A stretch of 64,000 nucleotides of DNA from an uncultured Candidatus Saccharibacteria bacterium (GCA_964637575.1 CAZWVU010000002.1:82824-146823); one strand, 5' to 3'. Shown: positions 29,460 to 38,750, counted from the first letter of the stretch. The notes: generated by a model from the sequence alone, not told the origin. Numbers and translations are program-made.

Positions 29460-31234
29460 TTGCAAAGATACGCGGTATTACCGATAAGGATGCGCTGTTT
29501 ATGAAGACAGAAATCGAGCGACGCGACCTCTTTATAGCGGACTCCGGCTGAAGCAAGTTTCAATTCGGTGGGCACTCTTAGTTCGCCGAAATAAATCTTG
29601 AGCGGCGCTTTTACCGATTGAACGCGCAGGGTCGCGATTTCATCGGCGAGCGCCCGGGTGTATCCGTAGTTGGTTCCGAAAAAATCTTTTGCCACCAGCA
29701 CGTTGTTGACGAGGAGGATCGCCAGGACGGCGAATCCCACGGCTGGAAGCAGCCGCGTATTCGACTTAAATGCCAGGGGCACCGCGATCAGCGGGAGCAG
29801 CCAGATTTGCGGCACGTACCGCGCGACGGAAGACATCGGGTTGAGTATCGCGGACACTACGAGCACCGCGCAGATGAGAAGCGCCATTTTATAAATTTCA
29901 AAATTTCTATACCGTTCCTTCGCCGGTTTTTTCTCGATCGGAAGCGCGGCCGCCCGGTCCCTCCGGATCCGGTAATGCGCTTCGATCGCGCTGAAGAGCA
30001 GGATCGCGGCAGCGAGCACGATCGCGCCGCTGAACAACGGCCCGAATCCCCCCTCCTTCGGATCGCTGCCGTAAAACTGGTGCAGCTCGGTCGCGTCAAT
30101 CGTGAACGGCACCTTCAGCTGCCCGAAGGTATTTTCACCGCGGACGTCATCGCTTTTTGAGAATGCCGAAAGCGCGAGGGTGGCCAGCGATGTCTGGTCC
30201 AGATAATTCTGGGGAACATTGTAAGGTTTAAGATCGATCGCGTGCGCGCCGGCAAGCGGATAGAACGGGTTGCCGTGGTACAGCCAGTTCGTAAGGTATG
30301 GGTTGTATCCCACAAAGGCCACACCGACCAGGACGCCCGCAAAACTTGCCAGGAGAACCCGCTTGATCTGCCGGATCCGGTTCTGGAACCACAGCAACAG
30401 CAGGAGGGCGGACACGGCCACCCCTCCATAGATAAGGCCGGTAAATTTAATGTTGAAGAGGATGACCAGCGCGAAAAAGAAGGATACGAACACCGGCGCC
30501 TCCGGCTCGTCCTGATTCAGGTATTGAAGACCGAGCAGGGCGGCAACGACCAGAAACACCGAGGCGAGCTGGCCGTCCACGTAGTAGGTGGTGGACTGAT
30601 ACAGCGCCACCGGATTAAGCGCCATCAGGAACGCCAGCAGAAGACTTTTGGAAACTCCCCGTTTTTTGAATCCTAGGCCGAGGAAGAAGCTGGTAAGTAA
30701 AAAGAACGACGCAAAACACAATAATATGCCGGAAATTTTCGCCTGCTCGATATTTCCCAAAAGCTGGTACAGGCCGGCGGCGTAATACCAGGGAGCCTTG
30801 GCATAATGATCGATCCACCGCGCCAGCGTGCTGAGATCGGCGCCTACGCTTTCATAAAACGGATTCCAGCCGCCCGCCAGCCGGATGATCGCCGTCTGAT
30901 GATACGACTGGCCGTCATAGGAAAGGTCGGTAAAGGTTCTCGCGATGAACCAGGATCCCGCGGCGATGCCGACCACGATTGCCAGGACGAGCGGAAAGGC
31001 GAAAGGAGATGTTTTGAAATAATACTGAGAAAAAAGGAAACAGATCAGGCCGGCCGCGACCGCCGAGACGATGATCTGCCATGCCCCCGTCGCGCCGCCG
31101 AACAGGAACGTAAAGGCGGATACCAGCAGATCCGCGCAAAAGAAGGCAATAATTGTCGATCCGGTAATAAAGAAGAGCCGCGCGAGGTTTTTCGCGAAGG
31201 AGGATGTGGCATGCTGGTTAGGTTCTACAATCAT
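29456..31234 (-). CDS. Polytopic membrane protein (GT-C-like or polymerase-like)
   Basis: Many TMs; DGQSYH, YVDG, IKFTG, GNPFYP, RYVP motifs. Confidence 0.6.
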   Translation of the reverse strand: MIVEPNQHATSSFAKNLARLFFITGSTIIAFFCADLLVSAFTFLFGGATGAWQIIVSAVAAGLICFLFSQYYFKTSPFAFPLVLAIVVGIAAGSWFIARTFTDLSYDGQSYHQTAIIRLAGGWNPFYESVGADLSTLARWIDHYAKAPWYYAAGLYQLLGNIEQAKISGILLCFASFFLLTSFFLGLGFKKRGVSKSLLLAFLMALNPVALYQSTTYYVDGQLASVFLVVAALLGLQYLNQDEPEAPVFVSFFFALVILFNIKFTGLIYGGVAVSALLLLLWFQNRIRQIKRVLLASFAGVLVGVAFVGYNPYLTNWLYHGNPFYPLAGAHAIDLKPYNVPQNYLDQTSLATLALSAFSKSDDVRGENTFGQLKVPFTIDATELHQFYGSDPKEGGFGPLFSGAIVLAAAILLFSAIEAHYRIRRDRAAALPIEKKPAKERYRNFEIYKMALLICAVLVVSAILNPMSSVARYVPQIWLLPLIAVPLAFKSNTRLLPAVGFAVLAILLVNNVLVAKDFFGTNYGYTRALADEIATLRVQSVKAPLKIYFGELRVPTELKLASAGVRYKEVASLDFCLHKQRILIGNTAYLCK

Positions 31235-31271
31235 TTTTTAAGAAATATTTCATGCTTTCATTTTCACTGTA

Positions 31272-32486
31272 TCATAAAAAATTGGCGTCATTATCGCGGA
31301 ATTTTATCATTCCGGTGTTCTCCGTGGTGAACGCCATTTTGAAATATGCATACATGCCAAGCGGCACCAGCACCATCACCTGGAACAGCGCGTAGAACGG
31401 AAAAATCAGATAGAAAAGACGGGCACGCCTCCAGTGAAACGCCAGGATCAGAAACCAGTAGAGAAAAATAACGATCGGGATAATGACCGGTCTCTTCACC
31501 GCCTCGTACCAGCGGATCGGCGCCAGGGCGTACACCAGAATCGTATTGTAGAAATAAAAAAGCGGATGCTTCCAGGAGTACTGGTGCGCATTGATCACCG
31601 CATGGCGGAATCCCCCGCCGAACCAGACGACCCGCTGGCGGAACCAGGCGCGGAAGGTCCGCGGCACGTCGGTATAAAATGTGAACGCGATATGGCCGAC
31701 CTTATACCCCGCCATTTTCGCGAGCTTCCCGATTTCGATATCGCCGCCGCTGAAGAAGAGCGAGTGGTGGCCCATAATCTCTTTCATCACCCCGGTTTTC
31801 GCGATCATCGCGGCACCTGACGTCAGCCAGGGATATATCTTCCGGGCATCCATCGCCAGTTCGTACTCCACGGACTGGAGCTTTTCCATCATCGTGTCCG
31901 CTTTCGAGGCCAGGACCCGCACCGACGCCAGGTCGAATTTTTTTTCTTCCATCAGGCCCGCCAACCGGTCCAGCGGTTTGCGGGTTACCGTATCGCCGTC
32001 GATCAGGATGGAGTATTTCGTAGTCACGACGCGGGAACCTTCCTGCATGATTTCATCGCGCGCCTCGTCGCCCAGTTCGTATTGCCAAACGTCGTCATCC
32101 TCATCTTTGGTCTGGGTGAGCGTTGAGGAAAAAATTCTCCAGGGATTTGGCCTGGCCTTGGAGGAAGCGATCGGCACGCTGGACCGGTAAATATTGAATC
32201 CGTGTTCGGCAGCAATCGCTTTCAGCCGCTCGTTAAACGTGCGCGTTTCCCGGGTGGTAGTGCATAACAGGACCTTACTGCCGTAGGGCTTCAGAAATTC
32301 GACGTTTTTCAGATAGCGGATACTTCCAAAAATAGGCAAAAGAATGGTAAAATCATCGGACTGCGGACCGTCCGAAGACACCTCCGCCGCGTTGGAAAAT
32401 TTTGCGCGGAGAATGATAATGAAGTCCGCAAGCGAAAGCAGGAGGGGAATAGCGATATACGGAGCCACTGCCAAAAAATTATTCAT
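31272..32486 (-). CDS. Family 2 glycosyltransferase with C-terminal TMs (paralog B)
   Basis: Long near-identical blocks shared with 28233-29459 (e.g. MGHHSLFFSGGDIEIGKLAKM). Confidence 0.8.
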   Translation of the reverse strand: MNNFLAVAPYIAIPLLLSLADFIIILRAKFSNAAEVSSDGPQSDDFTILLPIFGSIRYLKNVEFLKPYGSKVLLCTTTRETRTFNERLKAIAAEHGFNIYRSSVPIASSKARPNPWRIFSSTLTQTKDEDDDVWQYELGDEARDEIMQEGSRVVTTKYSILIDGDTVTRKPLDRLAGLMEEKKFDLASVRVLASKADTMMEKLQSVEYELAMDARKIYPWLTSGAAMIAKTGVMKEIMGHHSLFFSGGDIEIGKLAKMAGYKVGHIAFTFYTDVPRTFRAWFRQRVVWFGGGFRHAVINAHQYSWKHPLFYFYNTILVYALAPIRWYEAVKRPVIIPIVIFLYWFLILAFHWRRARLFYLIFPFYALFQVMVLVPLGMYAYFKMAFTTENTGMIKFRDNDANFL

Positions 32487-32551
32487 TTCTACTTTTATGG
32501 TATCACGGGTAATTATTGACTTATTTAAATTATTGTGTTAAGGTATTGACC

Positions 32552-33112
32552 ATGACTATTCATTTCGACAACGTCCCCTTTTATTCCCAATTCCAGGATA
32601 TCTCCCGGCCGGAATGGCGCGGCCAGAGCTGCGGCATTGCCAGCATGGCGATGGCGATCGAGTTCTATAAGCCGAAGAGTTTCTCCATCACCAAACTGCT
32701 CTCCCAGGCAATTAATTCCGGCGCCTATGATCCCGCCGTGGGATGGAAGCATCAGCAGCTCGCGGAGCTGGCGGATCGTTACGGCCTGGTGGGAACCAAT
32801 TACGATTTTTCCGAAGCCGATAATGAAACGGCGCTGAACAATCTCGAAGCCGCCCTGAAAGAGGGTCCGGTGGTGGTTTCCATCCACAATAAATTCGATC
32901 CTAGGGCGACGCTGGGGCACATTGTCGTGCTGACCGGTTTTGAAAATGAATTTATGCTCTATAACGATCCGGCGAGCGCCAAAGTCGAGAAGAAAATTTC
33001 CACGCTCGATTTTCTGAAAGGGTGGAAGAAACGCTTCATCACGGTCCGCGAAAAAGCGCCTGCGGACGCGCCGATCGCCCTGGACACCCGCGACTTCACG
33101 GCGCTGCCATAA
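32552..33112 (+). CDS. C39-like cysteine peptidase
   Basis: VPFYSQ, SCGIAS, GHIVVLTG, YNDP. Confidence 0.8.
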   Translation: MTIHFDNVPFYSQFQDISRPEWRGQSCGIASMAMAIEFYKPKSFSITKLLSQAINSGAYDPAVGWKHQQLAELADRYGLVGTNYDFSEADNETALNNLEAALKEGPVVVSIHNKFDPRATLGHIVVLTGFENEFMLYNDPASAKVEKKISTLDFLKGWKKRFITVREKAPADAPIALDTRDFTALP

Positions 33113-33137
33113 AAAAGCCCCCGAAAGGGGCTTTTTT
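33111..33137. terminator. Bidirectional terminator
   Basis: AAAAAAGCCCC-cgaaa-GGGGCTTTTTT. Confidence 0.8.
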
Positions 33138-33148
33138 GGTCGGCAGTA

Positions 33149-33439
33149 TTAATGATTCGACGTGAGCTGGAAACAGGCGACGTCATACTGTGCGACCGCG
33201 TGAGAGCTGGTAGCATGCGCGAACGACGCGCTCCCGGTACTTCCGGCGTACACGGTAGCCGCGTGAAAGAAACCGCCGGTGGTAAAACCATGCGGCATCA
33301 ACGTCGCGTTCGCGTCTCCGCATTCAACGCTGGGCTGTCCGGTGCCGCTGGGATTTGCCGCGGCGGCCGCCATCAATGCGCCCGAAGCGCTTGCGAGCGT
33401 TGCCGCGATAATGCTTCCTATCAGAAGTTTTTTATTCAT
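33149..33439 (-). CDS. Small secreted protein
   Basis: Signal peptide, two Cys, C-terminal AVAQYDVACFQ. Confidence 0.65.
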   Translation of the reverse strand: MNKKLLIGSIIAATLASASGALMAAAAANPSGTGQPSVECGDANATLMPHGFTTGGFFHAATVYAGSTGSASFAHATSSHAVAQYDVACFQLTSNH

Positions 33440-33510
33440 GATGATTATAATTGCGATACTCCGACCTTTATTTCATCATAAAATAAAAAACCACCTGCGG
33501 TCGGCGATTG

Positions 33511-34380
33511 TTAATTAAAAAGCGTGATAAGATAGCCGTCGATCTCGCGCTGATCGACATCATAAAAATGCCGGTTCGTATCGTGCAGATTGGTAGCAAG
33601 CGCCACGCCGACGAAACGCCAGTGCCACGGCTCGAACTGATAATAAGAATTGCCCTGGGGATACGAAAGGATGAATCCGAACTTGTAGGCGTTGGCGTTG
33701 AGCCAGGCATAGGCCGGCGATATTTCAAAACCGGACAATATCGCCTTCACGCCCGGCGAGGTGAAATCCGCCGCCGTCCCCAGCTGGTGCTCCGAGTATC
33801 CCTGCTCGGCGGAAAATTGGTTGGCGCCGGCACCATAGATTACTTTGTATCCTTCTTTGACCGCGGCCTGATCATAAAACGAACGGTAGGCCGAAACTAT
33901 TTGCAGAGTTATCCCATCGGCGTTCGCGGCCTGCAGCATCGCGGTCAGTTTCGGCAGGGCGCCGGTGAGGAAAAGCTGGGACCGGTTTTTATCATACAAA
34001 TACTGCGAGTCGATGCTTGAAAGCTGGGCCGGCACGTAGTTTTCATTCAGGAAATATATTTTGGAATACTTTTTCAGCAATTCCGGATCGGTGGAACTCA
34101 ATTTCTGGAGTACGCCGACAATCGTGGAAATTTCATTGATCTTCGCTTCGAACTGGACATTCTTCCCCTGCTCCGCCTGCAGCGCCTGGTTCAGGATGGC
34201 ATTCTGGGTCTGAGTACCGGCGAGCGCGCTGGTGGTGGACGCCAGATCCTGGGTCAATCCCGCGACCTGATTCTGGAGCGCGCCGTTTTCCTGGTGCAGT
34301 TTCCAATAACGGTAGCCGCCGTAGCCATACAGCACAAACGCGATCGATCCCCCGGCAATAATCCACTGTGTCAGTTTCAC
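33511..34380 (-). CDS. M15B D-Ala-D-Ala carboxypeptidase-like (VanY family) with coiled-coil stalk
   Basis: SAYRS, SEHQLGTAADF, FEPWHWRFVG. Confidence 0.9.
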   Translation of the reverse strand: MKLTQWIIAGGSIAFVLYGYGGYRYWKLHQENGALQNQVAGLTQDLASTTSALAGTQTQNAILNQALQAEQGKNVQFEAKINEISTIVGVLQKLSSTDPELLKKYSKIYFLNENYVPAQLSSIDSQYLYDKNRSQLFLTGALPKLTAMLQAANADGITLQIVSAYRSFYDQAAVKEGYKVIYGAGANQFSAEQGYSEHQLGTAADFTSPGVKAILSGFEISPAYAWLNANAYKFGFILSYPQGNSYYQFEPWHWRFVGVALATNLHDTNRHFYDVDQREIDGYLITLFN

Positions 34381-34431
34381 AAATTTAATTTTAGCATAAT
34401 TAAAATCCGCCCGATTACGGGCGGTTATATT

Positions 34432-35226
34432 TTATGTCCGGTAGCCGTTTTCAAAGGCGCGCTTTGTCACGGCGCTCATCTTCCGGAGATCTTCCATGTT
34501 CAGGAAAGGAAACTTCTTTCGGAGAAATCCTTCGATTGCGCCATAGAGATCGGAAAGCTCCACGAGCGTCATTACCTCCACTCCCTGCGCACACGCATCC
34601 TTAAGCTCCTCCGCTTCTTCAACGATCTTGGAAAGCTCGCCGTAGATTCCCCGCGGAATCGAAGCGGCCGAGTATCCCTTCGGAATTCGCGAGAGTACAT
34701 ACGAGAACCTCGGCTCAGCGACGCCGGTGCCGTACACCCACGGGCCGGTCGTCTCGTGGTTGCGGATCCCATACGATCCCAACTCAATCCCGTCGTACAT
34801 GATGTCGGTGCCGATCTCGGTTCCCTGAAATTTCACAGGCTTGGGAAGATACCGGTTAAAAAAATCCGCCGCGTCATGAAGCGCGCACTCCATATCCATC
34901 GGATCTTCCGAACCGGCGATGATCAGCTCTGCCTTCATGAAGTATGGCCGGGTGTATTCGTGGTACTCACTCTCTCTTCGGAAACAGGGCGTGACGCACA
35001 GATGCTTTCCGGGCTTCAGAGTTTTCCGCTGCAGCATTTCCAAAAAACTCTGCTCACCCGACGCCACCAGCCATTTGTCAGCGTGCGGAAACCAGGACGA
35101 GCCCGGCGGCGCGGTGATCTCCAGCGCCTTTCCGTCCACTGACCAGGGCACGTCCAGATAGCCGTACCCGCGCGTTCCGTAAAATTCCACCGCGTCGGCG
35201 ATACACTTGTAATTCACCGGCAACAT
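34432..35226 (-). CDS. Minimal class II aminoacyl-tRNA synthetase-like domain fused to a MazG-like helical domain
   Basis: Motif 1 RGYGYLDVP, motif 2 PCFRRE..YFMKAEL, motif 3 IELGS..GTGVAEPR; tail KIVEEAEELKDA..VELSDL. Start set at ATG 35226 (GGAGG upstream). Confidence 0.7.
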   Translation of the reverse strand: MLPVNYKCIADAVEFYGTRGYGYLDVPWSVDGKALEITAPPGSSWFPHADKWLVASGEQSFLEMLQRKTLKPGKHLCVTPCFRRESEYHEYTRPYFMKAELIIAGSEDPMDMECALHDAADFFNRYLPKPVKFQGTEIGTDIMYDGIELGSYGIRNHETTGPWVYGTGVAEPRFSYVLSRIPKGYSAASIPRGIYGELSKIVEEAEELKDACAQGVEVMTLVELSDLYGAIEGFLRKKFPFLNMEDLRKMSAVTKRAFENGYRT

Positions 35227-35256
35227 TCCACTCCTCCGATTGCAAAGAACGCCATC

Positions 35257-35285
35257 ACTATATGCCAGGTTGTATTCCCGGTCAA
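35257..35285 (-). promoter_or_regulatory. Sigma70-type promoter of the aaRS-like gene
   Basis: TTGACC-17 nt-TATAGT. Confidence 0.7.
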
Positions 35286-35471
35286 ACAAAAAGCGCCGCG
35301 CATTGCGTCGGCGCCCTGTAAGCGATGCCAGCGGTGGTTTAGTCAGGATGTCCTTTTGTCAGTCCCGCTATCTTGCGACATGAGGACTGTTGCACCCCGG
35401 CCTGAGCCATTGACTGTTCCCGTGCTCGAGTTTTGGAAATCACTTTTTGTTTTCTTCCACCTGCTGGCACC
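35284..35471 (-). ncRNA. Candidate stand-alone structured small RNA (including terminator)
   Basis: Extended -10 TGGTATAGT directly upstream; 5'/3' closing stem GGTGCCAGC-A-GGTGG / CCACC-GCTGGCATC; internal hairpins; terminator GCGCCG..CGGCGC-TTTTTGTTT. Confidence 0.5.
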
Positions 35472-35513
35472 TTTACTATACCAGAAATTTCCTGTTATTT
35501 CGACCGCTTTTTT

Positions 35514-37010
35514 TTAAGGATGGATGAGATCCGCCGACAACTGCGCTCCGACTTTGGCATGTGATGTTTCGATGCGGTATACAATCAGGTCGCCGTAGGG
35601 AAGATTTTTTTCGCGGAAAATCTCGCTCAATTTCACGCCAAAATTTTCCGCCTGGCTCTGGTCGATTTGTTTTCCGTCGGTATCGGTGAATACCATGCTG
35701 TACCAGGACTTCCCGGAATTTTCATTCGCGTCCCTTTTGAAGGAAAAGACGCCGTTGATTTCGAGCGTGTCGCACCGCGAGTACCAGGAAATGGCGGGGC
35801 GGAAAAGCACGCTCCACACGGCACAGCTGTCGCCGGAGGCGTCATTGCGGATTGCCTCCGCCGCGGCGACGTAAGCGGTGTGGTACCGCTCGACTTCCCT
35901 CTTTTTGAAGGAACTGTCGGCATCCTGGTAATGCACGATTCCCGCGTACAAAGAAAGGCCGGTGAACGCCGCGACCAGCAGGCGCGCGTAGGACGCCGAC
36001 CAGCGGCTTATAAGATAGTACGCGCCCGCGATTCCCGCTCCCGAAAGAAGTACCGCGGAAAAGAAAATATATCTTGCCTCGGGATGGGCGACGATTCCCG
36101 TCACGATAAGACTGGCGAAGCCGATGCCCCCGATCCAGAGCACATTCGGGTATTCCTGCCGCCAGGACTTCAGGACCAGCACCGCGGAGGTGGCGATGAT
36201 TCCCGCAATGGCCGTGATCCCGAGCACCCAGCCGCCGAGTTCGTGCGGGAGCCACTCAAGATACGGAAGCACTCCTTCGCCGAGATATTGCCGCCCCGCG
36301 AATTTTCCCGCGAGTTCCAAAATCCCGATGATGCTTTTGGTGGAAATAAGGGAGTAGATGAAATGCGGCGCCAGCAGGAGAAGCGTGAGGATAAGCGTGT
36401 TTCTAAGATATATGAAACTGGCTGATTGTCTTCTGAACCGGGGATACAGGATGAAAAGCGACAGCGCCGCGACAACGCCGAAGGCGCTCACCACGCCGTA
36501 CCGCAGATAAAACGCCAGCGCGATCAGAATCCCCGCGAGATACACGGAACGGCTCTTCCCCGCCGTTTCGTAGTGGTGGTATAAGAGACCGAGAATCGCG
36601 ACGAGGAGCGCCGCGGAAGGAATATCATTGAGAAAGAGCGGTGCCTGTTTCAAAAACAAACTTGACGACACGACCGCGGCCACGCCGCCCAGCGCGATCC
36701 ATCCGTTAAAAATTCTTCTGAACGCAAGGTAGATCAGCACCGCGGCCACCGCTCCGAATATCACCCCGAAGATGCGAAGTGTCCGCTCAGAACTCCCGAA
36801 GTGAAGAAATATCCAGCCGAACCAGGCCATTCCGACCGGCCGGTAAATTTTGAATTCATCCGCCGGCGCGCCATCGATCCAGGCGCGCGCTTTCGTCAGA
36901 TACACCGCCTCATCGTGATACAGCGAATGCCGGCTTACGAGAGAACCCAGCGTGACAAGGGTGACGATAAACAGCACCAGCGGAACCGAGACTTTCAAAA
37001 CATTTTGCAT
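35514..37010 (-). CDS. GT39/ArnT-like membrane glycosyltransferase
   Basis: HDEAVY, RP motif, multiple TMs, EARY. Confidence 0.8.
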   Translation of the reverse strand: MQNVLKVSVPLVLFIVTLVTLGSLVSRHSLYHDEAVYLTKARAWIDGAPADEFKIYRPVGMAWFGWIFLHFGSSERTLRIFGVIFGAVAAVLIYLAFRRIFNGWIALGGVAAVVSSSLFLKQAPLFLNDIPSAALLVAILGLLYHHYETAGKSRSVYLAGILIALAFYLRYGVVSAFGVVAALSLFILYPRFRRQSASFIYLRNTLILTLLLLAPHFIYSLISTKSIIGILELAGKFAGRQYLGEGVLPYLEWLPHELGGWVLGITAIAGIIATSAVLVLKSWRQEYPNVLWIGGIGFASLIVTGIVAHPEARYIFFSAVLLSGAGIAGAYYLISRWSASYARLLVAAFTGLSLYAGIVHYQDADSSFKKREVERYHTAYVAAAEAIRNDASGDSCAVWSVLFRPAISWYSRCDTLEINGVFSFKRDANENSGKSWYSMVFTDTDGKQIDQSQAENFGVKLSEIFREKNLPYGDLIVYRIETSHAKVGAQLSADLIHP

Positions 37011-37075
37011 CTACTTTAATTGTACCAATAAAAAAACCGCCGTGTTTTCACGGCGGTCTGGTATTATTTTTTTAT

Positions 37076-37330
37076 TTACGTCCGCTTCGGAGCGCCCCAC
37101 TTCTCCATGCAGTTCACGCCGATGCCGGTGATTTTCCGCACGATTTCCAGCGCGGCCGCGTCGCCGGGATGTTCGGTCCAGGCGGCTTCCGCCTTGGTCA
37201 TGTAGGCGCGCATCATGGTGAGAAATTCGCCGACGGTATGCACCTTCCCGTCGGTGCGGCTCGGCGGCAACCGGTCCTGATACTCCCGCTCGGTGTCGAT
37301 CGCCTCGTACACTTCCTGCCTGGTCGCCAT
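37076..37330 (-). CDS. Small helical protein, possibly MazG-like/phage-type
   Basis: AIDTEREYQD...HTVGE...VRKITGIGVNCME; AGGAG upstream. Confidence 0.6.
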   Translation of the reverse strand: MATRQEVYEAIDTEREYQDRLPPSRTDGKVHTVGEFLTMMRAYMTKAEAAWTEHPGDAAALEIVRKITGIGVNCMEKWGAPKRT

Positions 37331-37361
37331 AGCGCTTCTCCTTAAGAACTTTTTTATCTTA

Positions 37362-37550
37362 CTATTTTTTGTGCAGACAGCTCAAGCTGAACCATTCGGG
37401 CTCAACCCTGCCGGAACGATCGGCAACCAGAAATCCATTGTAAGAGCAGATCTGCACCACCACACCGTCGATGGGTCCGCCTTTCCCGCCGTACGCTCTT
37501 ACCGGATCGCCAACTTTGATGCCGGCCATATTCGGACGCGACTCGGGCAT
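37362..37550 (-). CDS. Small hypothetical protein (SH3/KOW-like)
   Basis: AGGAGG upstream of ATG 37550; IKVGDPVR..G.V. Confidence 0.45.
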   Translation of the reverse strand: MPESRPNMAGIKVGDPVRAYGGKGGPIDGVVVQICSYNGFLVADRSGRVEPEWFSLSCLHKK

Positions 37551-37638
37551 ACAACCTCCTTTTTTCAAAACCAAAAGAAACTAAGCGAAATTATAATTGC
37601 CGCCAATGGTTTGTCAAATACCGCCGCTTTTGCTCATG

Positions 37639-37672
37639 CAACCAAAAAACCGCGAACGCGGTTTTTTGGTTG
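37639..37672 (-). terminator. Intrinsic terminator
   Basis: CAACCAAAAAACCGCG-aa-CGCGGTTTTTTGGTTG. Confidence 0.8.
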
Positions 37673-37694
37673 TCAAAATAAACGTCCGGACGCT

Positions 37695-38750
37695 TTAAGG
37701 AGTTCCTACCACCGTGGCCACATTGTCAAACTCATTGGTTTCCTGGATGACGTTATTCGGATCCACGGAAACTGTGGCGCTGTACACTGTCCCGGGCGTG
37801 TAGGTCAGGCCCCAGGTATCGTAAGTCCACTGCTTGGGCTGACACTTGCCGGCGGCGTACGCCTCCGGTATGTCAAAGCTCTTGGTCACGCCATTGAGGA
37901 CTATATTAACCGGGAAGCTGGTCAGCGTTACCGTACCCAGGTTGCAGAAGGTCGCCTGCACCCCGGTGCTTTTCAGAATCACGCTGCGCACCGACAAATG
38001 GGCGCCTGGCAGAGCGGGCACCTTTACCGAGGCTGACTGCGACTGGCTGGCCGGAAACGCCAACGAGCCGATCTTGTAGACATTGTTGGGATCGATGAGC
38101 CCGATGGCGGTAAAGGTAGCGCCGGGGTCATAGGACAATCCCCAGGTCTCATACTTCCAGGTGTCGGTCGTGCAAGTTCCGGCTTTTTGGGCGCCGATCG
38201 CTTCAAAGTCGCGGTTGATCCCGTTCAAACGGATGCGGAAAGGAGCGGTCGGCAGATCGGACGTACCTTGGTTGCAGAAGGTCGCGCTTACTCCGTTGGA
38301 ATCCAGAACCAGGTTAGTGATGGCCAGCTTAATACCGCTGGTCGGCACGGGAACGCTGGCGGACGCGCGGCAACCGTAGAGCACTTGCAGTTTCAACCGG
38401 GTGATCGTCCCCGGGAAACCGGTGCCCTTGGTCAGGCCGAACGGAGCGAGGATATCGCTGACGTATTTTTCCTGGAATTTCGCCACCGCCGACCTGGTGC
38501 TTTTGCCAAAGTGCCCAAATTCGGCCGCGTCAACATTGAAGCCCTCCTTGGACAAAGCCAGCTGCAGGTTGAGCAGTCCGACCTGATCGGCCGGGTCGTT
38601 GCCGGGATTCAATTTTATGACCGCGGAAAAATCCATGCAGGCATTTTGCGGCGGCGGCATTAAAGGAGCCGTCTGGGCCAGCGAAACGACCGGCATGACA
38701 CCGGTGGCAGCCAGCGCGATGAGCGCGAAAATTCTTTTAATGTTGTGCAT
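37695..38750 (-). CDS. Secreted protein: peptidoglycan-binding-like domain + two CARDB-like repeats
   Basis: Signal peptide; LQLAL..G.FG..TRSAVAKFQEKY..GTG.PGTITR; two repeats ending DPNN; ETNEFDN. Confidence 0.75.
   Translation of the reverse strand: MHNIKRIFALIALAATGVMPVVSLAQTAPLMPPPQNACMDFSAVIKLNPGNDPADQVGLLNLQLALSKEGFNVDAAEFGHFGKSTRSAVAKFQEKYVSDILAPFGLTKGTGFPGTITRLKLQVLYGCRASASVPVPTSGIKLAITNLVLDSNGVSATFCNQGTSDLPTAPFRIRLNGINRDFEAIGAQKAGTCTTDTWKYETWGLSYDPGATFTAIGLIDPNNVYKIGSLAFPASQSQSASVKVPALPGAHLSVRSVILKSTGVQATFCNLGTVTLTSFPVNIVLNGVTKSFDIPEAYAAGKCQPKQWTYDTWGLTYTPGTVYSATVSVDPNNVIQETNEFDNVATVVGTP

Noticed and set aside
28233-32486. Diversity-generating retroelement TR/VR pair in the duplicated GT2 genes
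   Set aside because: The similarity spans whole genes, differences are not adenine-specific by eye, and there is no reverse transcriptase in the window.
21417-34380. Vancomycin resistance cluster (VanW + VanY-like)
   Set aside because: The genes are about 10 kb apart with no vanHAX or vanRS; both families are common cell-wall proteins.
35284-35471. Riboswitch or T-box attenuator for the aaRS-like gene
   Set aside because: No T-box, SAM, FMN, ykkC or ZTP consensus in the right order, and the gene has its own promoter downstream of the terminator. Retained as a candidate independent RNA instead.
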